Below, one piece after another: positions 27,888 to 36,422 of a DNA stretch of 64,000 bases (its first letter is position 1; each line of letters opens with the position of its first letter). Source of the DNA: a virus (lineage: Duplodnaviria; Caudoviricetes); IMG/VR virus record IMGVR_UViG_3300033273_000282, positions 32,001-96,000 of that record. One strand, given 5' to 3'. The notes beneath the pieces are model-generated. The model worked only from the letters and a program-made list of their open reading frames with translations, searched no databases and was not told the DNA's origin. The translations under genes were made by a program, and so were the position numbers.

Positions 27888-28489
27888 TGAACTTTATTGG
27901 CATTTACGATGATTTCCTTACCAAAGAGGAATGTGAGATTGTTATCTCCTATTTTCATAAGAATAAAGAGAGACAAGAGGAGGGTCAGATTGGCTACGGG
28001 TTTGTGGATAAAGATCTAAAAGATTCAACAGATCTCTATTGCTTCTTTACTGACTCTCTATTCACCCACCAGATCCTCTACAAGGGCATTGAAACTGCCT
28101 TTAAGAAGTATGAGGAGGAACACCCCGCCTTCCAGTACACAGATCGTTTTCACCTGTGTGACGGGTTCAACATCCAAAAGTATGAGCCAGGGCAGGGATT
28201 CAAATTATGGCATCATGAGACTACCAACTTTGTAAACTATCCAAACCCCCAGACCACGAGAGCACTGGCATGGATGGTCAACTTGAACGATGTGCCCGAC
28301 GGAGGTACGATGTTCTTGGAGCAAGACTTTACAATGGAAGCAAAGACTGGTAGAGTGAGCATCTGGCCAGCAGCATGGACACATGTACATAAAGGTCAGG
28401 TTTCAGAACAGCACACTAAATACATCGCAACAGGTTGGTTTAATTATGACATCCCCAACTATGAACAAGACGTTCGTGATTTACAGTAA
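27887..28489 (+). CDS. 2OG-Fe(II) oxygenase (P4H-like)
   Basis: 'IQKYEPGQGFKLWHHE', 'RALAWMVNLNDVPDGGT' and 'WPAAWTHVHKG..KYIATGW'. Confidence 0.88.
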   Translation: MNFIGIYDDFLTKEECEIVISYFHKNKERQEEGQIGYGFVDKDLKDSTDLYCFFTDSLFTHQILYKGIETAFKKYEEEHPAFQYTDRFHLCDGFNIQKYEPGQGFKLWHHETTNFVNYPNPQTTRALAWMVNLNDVPDGGTMFLEQDFTMEAKTGRVSIWPAAWTHVHKGQVSEQHTKYIATGWFNYDIPNYEQDVRDLQ

Positions 28490-28703
28490 ACAAGGATGTC
28501 CTTTTTGTACGAAGATCGAAAAGGTCATGAAGTTGTCGGAACAGAAGCATGTAATCTACATGCTAGACAGAGACTTCACTAAAGAAGAATTCTATAATGA
28601 GTTTGGCTTTGGTTCTACCTTCCCTCAAGTTATCCTGGGTGAAGAAAAACTCGGTGGTTGTACAGACACCGTGGCATATTTGAAAGAGAACGGAATGATT
28701 TAA
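28461..28703 (+). CDS. nrdC: Glutaredoxin
   Basis: 'IYSKQGCPFC', 'TFPQV' and 'GGCTD'. Confidence 0.9.
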   Translation: MNKTFVIYSKQGCPFCTKIEKVMKLSEQKHVIYMLDRDFTKEEFYNEFGFGSTFPQVILGEEKLGGCTDTVAYLKENGMI

Positions 28704-29053
28704 TGGAAGAACTCTATTCGCTAGTTGAAGCATCGATAGACGTAGCGGTATTTCAGAAGAAGTTTATCTTTAATATGTACGGTTACCTCAAAGGTCAGGG
28801 TGCTAAACGGAAAGTAGCGACAGAGTTCTTGGATAGTCCCACTAGAGTCAACCTCCAGCAAACTATTGCTGATCTTGATACCTACATTAAAGGTGGGGAC
28901 AAGACCATTAAGGAGGGGTACTGTTTTCTGTCTAAGCCTGAAGCTCGGAAGATTAGAACTTATTTGATCAAGATTATTGAAGACGCTGAACGTTATGAGT
29001 ACGATCGAAGACCAGGCAGAAGGAAGAAATCTACCAAGATTCTCAATAAATAA
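28703..29053 (+). CDS. Conserved cyanophage hypothetical protein
   Basis: MEELYSLVEASID..., ending RRPGRRKKSTK. Confidence 0.65.
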   Translation: MEELYSLVEASIDVAVFQKKFIFNMYGYLKGQGAKRKVATEFLDSPTRVNLQQTIADLDTYIKGGDKTIKEGYCFLSKPEARKIRTYLIKIIEDAERYEYDRRPGRRKKSTKILNK

Positions 29054-29066
29054 AGGAATAGAGTTA

Positions 29067-29186
29067 ATGTTGCCAAGGGCGGCAAGGAGGGAAAAAAAGA
29101 GTCCAATAGACTTGGATGTCACTCTCCCCTTCTTTAAGTGGCGAGTACGTTTCAAGTTCTCGTTAGATGTAGTACGCCAGGAGTAA
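29067..29186 (+). CDS. Small hypothetical protein
   Basis: MLPRAARREKKSPIDLDVTLPFFKWRVRFKFSLDVVRQE, after ATAAATA. Confidence 0.5.
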   Translation: MLPRAARREKKSPIDLDVTLPFFKWRVRFKFSLDVVRQE

Positions 29187-29187
29187 C

Positions 29188-29418
29188 ATGGAAACCAACG
29201 TAATCCTTTTCTTCTCCGCAGTGGCTATGATTGCCACGTTTATGATCGGAGGAATCATTGGTTGGACATACAGACAAGAAGTGTCCAAGCCCAAGCTCGT
29301 AGTCAATCATCCAGAAATGTTTGATGATGAAGGTCAATACATCAACGAGGAGTTGGTAGCAGTTCGTTTCATTGAACTGGACGACTCTTACTATGAGGTT
29401 GACGAAGATGACGAGTAA
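29188..29418 (+). CDS. Conserved hypothetical membrane protein
   Basis: N-terminal TM helix, then 'HPEMFDDEG..INEEL.AVRF'. Confidence 0.7.
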   Translation: METNVILFFSAVAMIATFMIGGIIGWTYRQEVSKPKLVVNHPEMFDDEGQYINEELVAVRFIELDDSYYEVDEDDE

Positions 29419-29428
29419 CCTGTATAAT
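29399..29428 (+). promoter_or_regulatory. sigma70-like promoter
   Basis: TTGACG-N18-TATAAT upstream of the ATG at 29451. Confidence 0.65.
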
Positions 29429-29450
29429 TATTACTAACGATACTTTTATC

Positions 29451-29903
29451 ATGGCTAAGAAACTGCCCGACAACGCCCTGCTCTCTGAGATTTTTCAGCA
29501 GGTGTCTTCTGCTAAAACAAAGGCAGAGAAGGTCAAACTTCTACGGGAGTACAATACGAACGGACTTCGCTCCGTTCTTATCATCAACTTTGATGAGTCC
29601 CTAAAGTTCCTTCTCCCTCCTGGTGAGGTACCTTACACTAAGAACGAAGCACCTGCTGGAACAGAGCATACACGTATCGATCATGAGTATCGTAAGTTCT
29701 ATCGCTTCTTCAAGGGTGGTGATGGTTCTTTGACCAGTATGCGACGTGAGCAACTGTTCATTCAGTTGCTTGAAGGACTACACCAAGACGAAGCAGAAGT
29801 GCTTATTATGGCTTGTAATAAAGATCTTCAATCGAAGTATCGTATTACCAAGCAGGTAGTTTCTGAAGCATTCCCTGCTATTGAGTGGGGGAATCGTGGA
29901 TGA
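29451..29903 (+). CDS. Conserved T4-like cyanophage protein (DUF6433-like)
   Basis: 'KAEKVKLLREY', 'LPPGEVPY' and 'RREQLFIQLLEGLH.DEA'. Confidence 0.75.
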   Translation: MAKKLPDNALLSEIFQQVSSAKTKAEKVKLLREYNTNGLRSVLIINFDESLKFLLPPGEVPYTKNEAPAGTEHTRIDHEYRKFYRFFKGGDGSLTSMRREQLFIQLLEGLHQDEAEVLIMACNKDLQSKYRITKQVVSEAFPAIEWGNRG

Positions 29904-30217
29904 TGTGGGACAGCAACAATGAGGTGGCAGAGAGGGAGGACAAATACTCCATTGCTTTGCTAGAACTCGACTGCCAACCCGACGCTGCTAAAAATCCTAA
30001 ACTCCCTAGAAATTCATACTTAGTAACCTACATGATCAACGGTGTCGTTCATTACGACATCGCTGTAGGTCTAAGGTCTAATATATTTGACTGCTACTAT
30101 GACAAACTCGGAAGAGGAGCTATTCGGGGGATCGTCTGGACCGATGGAAAAGTTGTCGCTAAGCTCTTTAACAAAAAAGAATATCTCAAAGAACATAGAG
30201 GAACTACTAAAACGTAA
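29900..30217 (+). CDS. Hypothetical protein
   Basis: 'DCQPDAAKNPKLPRNSYLVTY...YDI...IFDCYYD'. Confidence 0.65.
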   Translation: MMWDSNNEVAEREDKYSIALLELDCQPDAAKNPKLPRNSYLVTYMINGVVHYDIAVGLRSNIFDCYYDKLGRGAIRGIVWTDGKVVAKLFNKKEYLKEHRGTTKT

Positions 30218-30347
30218 AGACGATACGTTTAATTTCTCATCTGAAACTGAGGATCTCGAAGAACTAGCCGACGAGATCTTCGACGCACTTTATTACCACA
30301 CCCTGAAACAAAATGAAGACACGTCAAGCGATTCGCAAAGCACTTGA
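30144..30347 (+). CDS. Small hypothetical protein
   Basis: Acidic ORF overlapping the preceding gene; start uncertain. Confidence 0.4.
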   Translation: MEKLSLSSLTKKNISKNIEELLKRKDDTFNFSSETEDLEELADEIFDALYYHTLKQNEDTSSDSQST

Positions 30348-30483
30348 ACAGCCTTGGCTTTATGATGACAATGAGTTAGAATACATGAAGGCTAAGCTTA
30401 AAGAGCGTACCCTTAAGAGGAAGAAGGAACTCTGGGCACGCCGCTGTGGTCAAGGATTTAGTAATTATGAGTGCCCTGAATGA
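30313..30483 (+). CDS. Small basic hypothetical protein (56 aa; not in ORF track)
   Basis: MKTRQAIRKALEQPWLYDDNELEYMKAKLKERTLKRKKELWARRCGQGFSNYECPE; its stop overlaps the thyX ATG (ATGA). Confidence 0.65.
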   Translation: MKTRQAIRKALEQPWLYDDNELEYMKAKLKERTLKRKKELWARRCGQGFSNYECPE

Positions 30484-31169
30484 ACGTACGCCTTATCTCT
30501 GTAACCCCTGACGCTGAGAAAACGATGGGGTATGTTGCTCGTGTGAGTAACCCTGCTAACCAAGAGAATCCGAACGTCGCTGGTCTGCTGAAGTATTGTA
30601 TCAAGCACAACCACTGGTCTGTGTTCGAGCAATCCTTCATGACGTTGGAGATTGAGACGAATCGTGGTATCGCAGCTCAAATACTGCGCCACCGTTCGTT
30701 CACATATCAAGAGTTCTCTCAACGGTATGCTGATTCTTCCTTACTCTCGGAGAACATTCCTCTTCCAGAACTCCGTCGTCAGGACACCAAGAATCGTCAG
30801 AATTCCATTGACGATATTGATGATTGGACTCAGACGAGGTTCAACATGAAGATGACTAGACTCTTCACTCAATCCATGGATTTGTACAAAGAGATGTTGG
30901 ATGCTGGCATTGCTAAGGAGTGTGCCCGTTTTGTTTTACCTCTCGCTACTCCTACTCGCATCTATATGAGTGGCTCATGTCGCTCATGGATCCACTATAT
31001 AGATTTACGTTCCGCCCATGGAACTCAGAAGGAACACATGGAGATTGCTGAGGCTTGCCGACGTATCTTCATTTGTAAGTTTCCCACCGTCGCAGAAGCA
31101 CTCGGATGGTCTTGTCCTAATAATGACTGTGAATGTGATGATATCCAACCCGCACTAAGGATTGACTGA
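30480..31169 (+). CDS. thyX: Flavin-dependent thymidylate synthase
   Basis: ThyX signature 'QILRHRSFTYQEFSQRY', plus 'HWSVFE' and 'KECARFVLP'. Confidence 0.95.
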   Translation: MNVRLISVTPDAEKTMGYVARVSNPANQENPNVAGLLKYCIKHNHWSVFEQSFMTLEIETNRGIAAQILRHRSFTYQEFSQRYADSSLLSENIPLPELRRQDTKNRQNSIDDIDDWTQTRFNMKMTRLFTQSMDLYKEMLDAGIAKECARFVLPLATPTRIYMSGSCRSWIHYIDLRSAHGTQKEHMEIAEACRRIFICKFPTVAEALGWSCPNNDCECDDIQPALRID

Positions 31170-31408
31170 TGGCTTGTTATCCTGTAAAAAACTTGAAAAC
31201 GGGAGAGACCATGGAACTCTTCATGCCTCTCGCTGAGTATGAACAATGGAGAAAAGACAATCCCGACTGGGATAAGGACTGGGAAGCAGGGACAGCTGGT
31301 GCTGTCTCTGGTGTGGGGGATTACCAAGACAAACTCCCACAAGGTTTCAAAGACCGTCTGAACAACGTCAAAAAACACCACCCTTACGCTAAATTCGATA
31401 GAATCTAA
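31169..31408 (+). CDS. Conserved hypothetical protein
   Basis: 'YPVKNLKTGE..EL.M...EYEQWRKDNPDWDKDW', typically found upstream of phoH. Confidence 0.75.
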   Translation: MACYPVKNLKTGETMELFMPLAEYEQWRKDNPDWDKDWEAGTAGAVSGVGDYQDKLPQGFKDRLNNVKKHHPYAKFDRI

Positions 31409-31412
31409 GCCT

Positions 31413-32156
31413 ATGCCCGCAACCAAAAAGCAACCCTCAATGGTCGGACTCACCAAAAGACAGATGAAACGGAAACCAATCGGAACACAACACCTCATAG
31501 ACATTAAACCTATGACTCCTGCTCAGGAGAAGGTGTTTGAGGCTTATGCTCAGCAAAAGAATCTGTTCCTCTACGGGGCTGCTGGTACTGGTAAATCATT
31601 CGTGGCAATGTATCTCGCACTGAAGGAGATCCTTCAGGAGAACAGTCAGTACGAGAAACTATACATCGTTCGCTCTCTGGTTCCCACTCGTGAGATCGGC
31701 TTCCTCCCTGGTGATCATGAGGACAAGTCCAACTTGTATCAGATCCCATACAAGAACATGGTCAAATACATGTTCGAGATGCCTGATGACAGCTCCTTTG
31801 ACATGCTGTATCAGAACCTGAAGGGTCAAGATACTATCTCCTTCTGGTCTACATCATTCATTCGTGGCACTACTATTGACAATGCTATCGTTATTGTTGA
31901 TGAGTGTCAGAACCTCAACTTCCACGAGCTTGACTCCATCATCACCCGTCTTGGTGTCAACTCTAAGATTATTTTCGCAGGTGATATTGCTCAGACTGAT
32001 CTGATCAAGACCTATGAAAAGAATGGTATCCTTGACTTCCAGAAGATCATTGATAACATGGAAGAGTTTGCCAGCATTGAGTTTGGCGTACAGGACATTG
32101 TTCGTTCTGGTCTAGTGAAGTCCTATCTTATTAGTAAAATCAATCTTGGCATTTAA
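31413..32156 (+). CDS. phoH: PhoH-like ATPase
   Basis: 'GAAGTGKS', 'RSLVPTREIGFLPGD', 'IVDECQN' and 'GDIAQTDL'. Confidence 0.96.
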   Translation: MPATKKQPSMVGLTKRQMKRKPIGTQHLIDIKPMTPAQEKVFEAYAQQKNLFLYGAAGTGKSFVAMYLALKEILQENSQYEKLYIVRSLVPTREIGFLPGDHEDKSNLYQIPYKNMVKYMFEMPDDSSFDMLYQNLKGQDTISFWSTSFIRGTTIDNAIVIVDECQNLNFHELDSIITRLGVNSKIIFAGDIAQTDLIKTYEKNGILDFQKIIDNMEEFASIEFGVQDIVRSGLVKSYLISKINLGI

Positions 32157-32814
32157 TCACGTTGACATACACAATTTCGTTGATCTGGTAGCAGAAACGA
32201 CTGAGAAGGGTAGGACCTATTCCGTTGGGGACAAGTCCTACCCCTCTGTCACCACTGTGATTGGTGAGATGAAAAAGAAGTCCATCATGGAGTGGCGACA
32301 GAGAGTTGGTCCTGAAGAAGCCAACCGTGTCAGTAAGCGGGCAACAACTCGTGGTAACAAAGTACACAAACTTGCTGAGGATTATCTCAACAACTTAGAC
32401 TTGTCTAAGTACAGGGATGATCCTCTTTCCCTTGGACTCTTCCATACTGTCAAGCCTTATCTTGACAGGATAAATAATATACATGCGCTTGAAGCGCCGT
32501 TGTATTCGCACTTGCTCAAACTCGCTGGACGAGTTGACTGTATTGCCGAGTACAATGGAGAGTTATCCATCATTGATTTCAAGACCAGCAGCAAGCCCAA
32601 AAGAGAGGAGTGGATTCAAGACTACTTCTCACAGGAAACTGCTTATGCTATAATGTTTCAAGAATTGACTGGTTTACAGGTCAAGAAACTTGTCACCATC
32701 ATTGCTGTTGAAAAGAGTGAACCTCAAGTCTTTGTGATCACTGATATTAAAAAGTATGTTCACAAGTTGAAAGAGTTCATCGATTATTACAGGAGTGTTC
32801 ATGGGGACTGGTAA
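32146..32814 (+). CDS. PD-(D/E)XK (Cas4/RecB-like) exonuclease
   Basis: 'YPSVTTV', 'RGNKVH' and 'LAGRVDCIAEYNGELSIIDFKTS'. Confidence 0.88.
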   Translation: MAFNHVDIHNFVDLVAETTEKGRTYSVGDKSYPSVTTVIGEMKKKSIMEWRQRVGPEEANRVSKRATTRGNKVHKLAEDYLNNLDLSKYRDDPLSLGLFHTVKPYLDRINNIHALEAPLYSHLLKLAGRVDCIAEYNGELSIIDFKTSSKPKREEWIQDYFSQETAYAIMFQELTGLQVKKLVTIIAVEKSEPQVFVITDIKKYVHKLKEFIDYYRSVHGDW

Positions 32815-33058
32815 AATAAATGATGTACTTGAGGAAAACTTTATGACCGCTGCTAAATTTTCTCTAGAGATAGAGAAGATTGTGAAAGAATCTGAACTAA
32901 ACTATATCGAAGCAGTTGTGATGTTCTGTGAAGACAAGAACATTGAGATCGAAACGGTTGGTAAACTTATCAACAAGCCACTCAAGGAAAAGATCAAGTA
33001 CGAAGCACAACGGTTAAACTTTATCAAGAGAGGATCGAGAGGTTTCTTATCACTGTGA
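32801..33058 (+). CDS. g33: Late transcription co-activator gp33
   Basis: 'FSLEIEKIV....NYIEAVV.FCE...IEIE.V.KLI.KPLKEKI..EA..LNF'. Confidence 0.9.
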   Translation: MGTGKINDVLEENFMTAAKFSLEIEKIVKESELNYIEAVVMFCEDKNIEIETVGKLINKPLKEKIKYEAQRLNFIKRGSRGFLSL

Positions 33059-33624
33059 CAGGCATTGACGCTTTTAGAATGTACCTCGCAATGAGGAATC
33101 ATTTTAATTCTAAATCATACAATTTTCTGAAAAGTCCTTACAGCAAAGCTAAACCAGAGACATATGATAAGAGGAAGGATAAGTATTTCTTTGTTAAACT
33201 TTCTCGTAAGTATGATGAGCAGCAACTAGCACAGTTCTACCTGGCTAATTTTGTTGCCGATAACTGTGAGTGGATAGGCGCGATGTCTGCTCATGGAGAA
33301 AAGAATTACATCTCATACCAGAAGAAGATTCAGTCCCTGTCATACACCTTCAGGGAGGATGCTTCTATAATGAGAGAGGTCTGCGATGACTTCGATTGCC
33401 TCTTCAGAGGATCTCCTCACCCTACCCTGATTAAACTTTGGTTGGGTAATAAGATTTCTTTGGAGAGCGTTGTTATTATGGAGAAGTTGTTCGGTTTTGT
33501 GAACAATGTCTCATCTTCCGATCCCGTATGGGAGACAGTGAAGAAAAAAATCCTCAAGTACGAGCCATTGTTGTCAGTGGACACCACGAAACAGAAGAAC
33601 ATCTTACGGGAACTATTCCTATGA
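33055..33624 (+). CDS. g59: Helicase loader gp59
   Basis: 'FRMYLAMRNHF....Y.F.K', 'RKDKYFFVKLSRKY'; lies between gp33 and gp32. Confidence 0.9.
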   Translation: MTGIDAFRMYLAMRNHFNSKSYNFLKSPYSKAKPETYDKRKDKYFFVKLSRKYDEQQLAQFYLANFVADNCEWIGAMSAHGEKNYISYQKKIQSLSYTFREDASIMREVCDDFDCLFRGSPHPTLIKLWLGNKISLESVVIMEKLFGFVNNVSSSDPVWETVKKKILKYEPLLSVDTTKQKNILRELFL

Positions 33625-33950
33625 CCAAATTTTTCGAGTCGGACGTAGTACAAAACGAACTGCGTGAAATGCAAGAGTTGTACATCGATATCAACCGAAT
33701 GGGTCTTGTCCTCTCAGTTGAAGCCAAGATCGAACAACTCACTAAACTGCTGCGACTCATCGAGATCCAGCAGACCATGTTCATGCGAGTCACCCTGTCC
33801 GACCAAGAGGATGCTCAGCAGCTCTTGTCACAGGTCAGGGAAGCTGCTACAATGATTGGTATGAAAGCCGAGGACGTGAACCCTCAGTTTTATGAGGCAC
33901 TGAAGTCGGATGTTCATAAAATGATCGACGAGCTTGAACGATCTAAATAA
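33621..33950 (+). CDS. Conserved protein (DUF1825-like)
   Basis: 'FFESDVVQNELREMQELY', 'Q..M..R..LSD..DA'. Confidence 0.7.
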   Translation: MTKFFESDVVQNELREMQELYIDINRMGLVLSVEAKIEQLTKLLRLIEIQQTMFMRVTLSDQEDAQQLLSQVREAATMIGMKAEDVNPQFYEALKSDVHKMIDELERSK

Positions 33951-33962
33951 GTATGCTATGAT
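33934..33962 (+). promoter_or_regulatory. Composite gp32 promoter: sigma70-like with extended -10 plus internal late CTAAATA
   Basis: TTGAAC-N17-TATGAT with TGn; CTAAATA at 33943-33949. Confidence 0.65.
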
Positions 33963-34007
33963 TCCACATAGCACTCAAGCCAAATACAAAACACACGGAG
34001 AATACGA

Positions 34008-34901
34008 ATGTCCTTTGCTTCCCTCAAAAAGTCCAACTTCACTGACCTGCTTGCTAAGGCAGAGAATCTGAACAAGACTGAAACCAAAGGTGGTGCTGAT
34101 GAGCGCCTCTGGAAGCCAGAAGTAGATAAAGCAGGCAACGGTTACGCGGTCATCCGCTTCCTCCCTGCTCCCGAGGGCGAAGACCTGCCCTGGGCACAAG
34201 TTTGGAGTCATGCCTTCCAAGGTCCTGGTGGATGGTATATCGAAAACTCCTTGACCACTTTGGGCAAGAAAGATCCTGTCTCTGACCTGAACAGGCAGCT
34301 TTGGAACAGCGGTGCTGACAGCGACAAAGAGATTGCCCGTAAGCAGAAGCGTAAGCTCTCTTACTACAGCAACATCTACGTTGTCAAGGATCCTGCTAAT
34401 CCTCAGAACGAAGGTAAAGTCTTCCTGTACAAGTTCGGTAAGAAGATCTTTGATAAGATTACCGAAGCAATGCAGCCCGCCTTTGCTGATGAGACTCCCA
34501 TCAACCCCTTCGATTTCTGGAAGGGTGCTGACTTCAAAGTGAAGATCCGTAAGGTTGAAGGTTACTGGAACTACGACAAGTCGGAGTTCGATGCCCCCAG
34601 CACTCTCGGTTCCTTTGATGATAGTGATCTTGAAGCCATCTGGAAGAAGCAGTATAGTTTGACTGCTTTCACCTCTGATGATCAGTTCAAGACCTATGAG
34701 CAGCTCAAAGAGCGTCTCGACACCGTGCTGAACTCTTCTTACCAGAAGCGTGACGCCGAGACCGAAGAGGCAGAATATGAAGCAGCACCTGCTGCTCCCG
34801 AGCCTTCTTTCGCTCCTTCCTTCCGCAGTGCTCCTGCTCCTGCCGCCGAGGAAGACAACGATGCTCTCTCTTATTTCGCAAAGCTTGCTGCTGAAGACTG
34901 A
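34008..34901 (+). CDS. g32: Single-stranded DNA-binding protein gp32
   Basis: 'DERLWKPEVDKAGNGYAVIRFLP', 'YIENSLTTLG..DPV'; acidic C-tail 'DALSYFAKLAAED'. Confidence 0.97.
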   Translation: MSFASLKKSNFTDLLAKAENLNKTETKGGADERLWKPEVDKAGNGYAVIRFLPAPEGEDLPWAQVWSHAFQGPGGWYIENSLTTLGKKDPVSDLNRQLWNSGADSDKEIARKQKRKLSYYSNIYVVKDPANPQNEGKVFLYKFGKKIFDKITEAMQPAFADETPINPFDFWKGADFKVKIRKVEGYWNYDKSEFDAPSTLGSFDDSDLEAIWKKQYSLTAFTSDDQFKTYEQLKERLDTVLNSSYQKRDAETEEAEYEAAPAAPEPSFAPSFRSAPAPAAEEDNDALSYFAKLAAED

Positions 34902-35572
34902 TGTTCAAGATTTTCCTTGATACGGCGGACGTTACCGACATCCGCCGTCGGACCTTCACTGGTCTCATTGACGGGGTTACTACTAACCCCACCTTGATTA
35001 AGAAAAGCGGTAAAGATCCTCTTGATGTTTATCGTGAGATCCAAGATCTCGGTGTCAAAGACATCAGTATGGAGATCGCTGGAGTTGAGGACCACAAGGA
35101 CATGATCATTGAGGCTCTCAAACTCCATACTGAGTTTGGTAACCGAGCAACCATCAAGTTGCCTATGGGTTACCAAGGATTGCTTGCCTGCTCCGAGTTG
35201 AGTAAGCAGAGAATCCGCACCAACATCACGCTGATTTTCAACGCAGCACAAGCCATTCTCGCCGCTAAGGCAGGTGCTACCTACGTTTCTCCTTTCGTGG
35301 GTCGCTGTGACGATAACTCTGTCGCAGGTGTTGAGGTAGTACGCTCTATTGCTGAGGTCTACCGTGTACACGGAGCAAAGACACAAGTTCTTGCTGCTTC
35401 AATCCGAGACGTGTACAAAGTCACCCGTGCTTTCTATAACGGTGCTGACATTGTGACCATGCCACCCGCTGTCTTTGACAAGATGTACGGTCACGTTCTT
35501 ACCCGAGAGGGACTCGCTATCTTTGAAAAGGATTGGGCAGACGTATGTGGAGAATCTGGGCAAAAGCCCTAG
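34901..35572 (+). CDS. talC: Transaldolase (short TalC type)
   Basis: 'KIFLDTAD', 'GVTTNPTLI', 'TIKLP', 'AGATYVSPFVGR' and 'AASIR'. Confidence 0.96.
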   Translation: MFKIFLDTADVTDIRRRTFTGLIDGVTTNPTLIKKSGKDPLDVYREIQDLGVKDISMEIAGVEDHKDMIIEALKLHTEFGNRATIKLPMGYQGLLACSELSKQRIRTNITLIFNAAQAILAAKAGATYVSPFVGRCDDNSVAGVEVVRSIAEVYRVHGAKTQVLAASIRDVYKVTRAFYNGADIVTMPPAVFDKMYGHVLTREGLAIFEKDWADVCGESGQKP

Positions 35573-35745
35573 GGGCAAAGGAGGGGAATAATGACCGAGA
35601 GGCAGATTGTATTGCTGGTATACGGACTATTATACTTCTCACTTATCTTGTCACTAATGTGGCCATTGTTGCTAACGCAGTAAGGCACTGGAATGATATG
35701 GAACCTGAACCGTATCCATCTCCACCAGCAAAAACGACTTTTTAG
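35545..35745 (+). CDS. Small conserved membrane protein
   Basis: 'MWRIWAKALG.K....DREAD..A.IRT...N..IVANAVRHWN'. Confidence 0.65.
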   Translation: MWRIWAKALGAKEGNNDREADCIAGIRTIILLTYLVTNVAIVANAVRHWNDMEPEPYPSPPAKTTF

Positions 35746-35750
35746 TTACC

Positions 35751-35780
35751 AAATACCCCGAAAAATTTTTCGGGGTATTT
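35751..35780. terminator. Perfect 30-bp palindrome; bidirectional terminator between convergent operons
   Basis: AAATACCCCGAAAAA|TTTTTCGGGGTATTT followed by a T-run, lying between the talC operon (+) and gp53 (-). Confidence 0.8.
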
Positions 35781-35795
35781 TTTTGTCTGTAGGGT

Positions 35796-36422
35796 TTACT
35801 CCATTTTGACGCTTTGGGGTTCATATCCAACAGCGTACTCACCAGCGTTTTTGAGAGTGCGAACATATTCTTCAGCAAACTCTCTAACGTAACTTGGACG
35901 AATTAGTTTGATTTTCTCTTTTGCTTCATTTAGCCTATACTCGTAATCACGGTAAGATATCGAATTTACGGGATTGACGGTGACACCAGCAGATGCCGTA
36001 CCGTCATAATAGGTGATCTGGAAGTTTGAGGGAACAACTGTCCCAGAGTTTACAATTACTCTACCCAGAGCATCTTTGACTTCGTAGGTTTCGTAATGCT
36101 TGGTGTCATCGGGGTTTTCATACTTACCATTGACATAATCTACCAATGACGCTGAACTCTTTGGCCAATCAGCGTGGAAGTTGGTAATGTCGTTCACTAC
36201 AAGGATAGTCCAGCCAAAGAATGGATCTTCATATTGGTTGAATGAGATCGTTTCTGGCGTTTCTCCTTCTTTGATGATATACTCGTCAAAGAGAGTGACT
36301 GAAGTGAGGTACTTTTCAAGAACCTCATTTCTTCTCCAGATGTTTTTCATCACAACAAACTCTGGATCTGCCAGAGAGTCTGTGTAGTTGTATACTACTG
36401 TCGGTGCGTTTTTGAATAACAT
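35796..36422 (-). CDS. g53: Baseplate wedge protein gp53
   Basis: 'EYIIKEGETPETIS...Y.DP...WTILVVNDI......WPKS' LysM-like pattern. Confidence 0.85.
   Translation of the reverse strand: MLFKNAPTVVYNYTDSLADPEFVVMKNIWRRNEVLEKYLTSVTLFDEYIIKEGETPETISFNQYEDPFFGWTILVVNDITNFHADWPKSSASLVDYVNGKYENPDDTKHYETYEVKDALGRVIVNSGTVVPSNFQITYYDGTASAGVTVNPVNSISYRDYEYRLNEAKEKIKLIRPSYVREFAEEYVRTLKNAGEYAVGYEPQSVKME

Noticed and set aside
32146-32814. Cas4-like nuclease as evidence of a CRISPR system
   Set aside because: No repeat-spacer array or other cas genes are in the window; this PD-(D/E)XK exonuclease sits in its usual phoH-gp33 core position.
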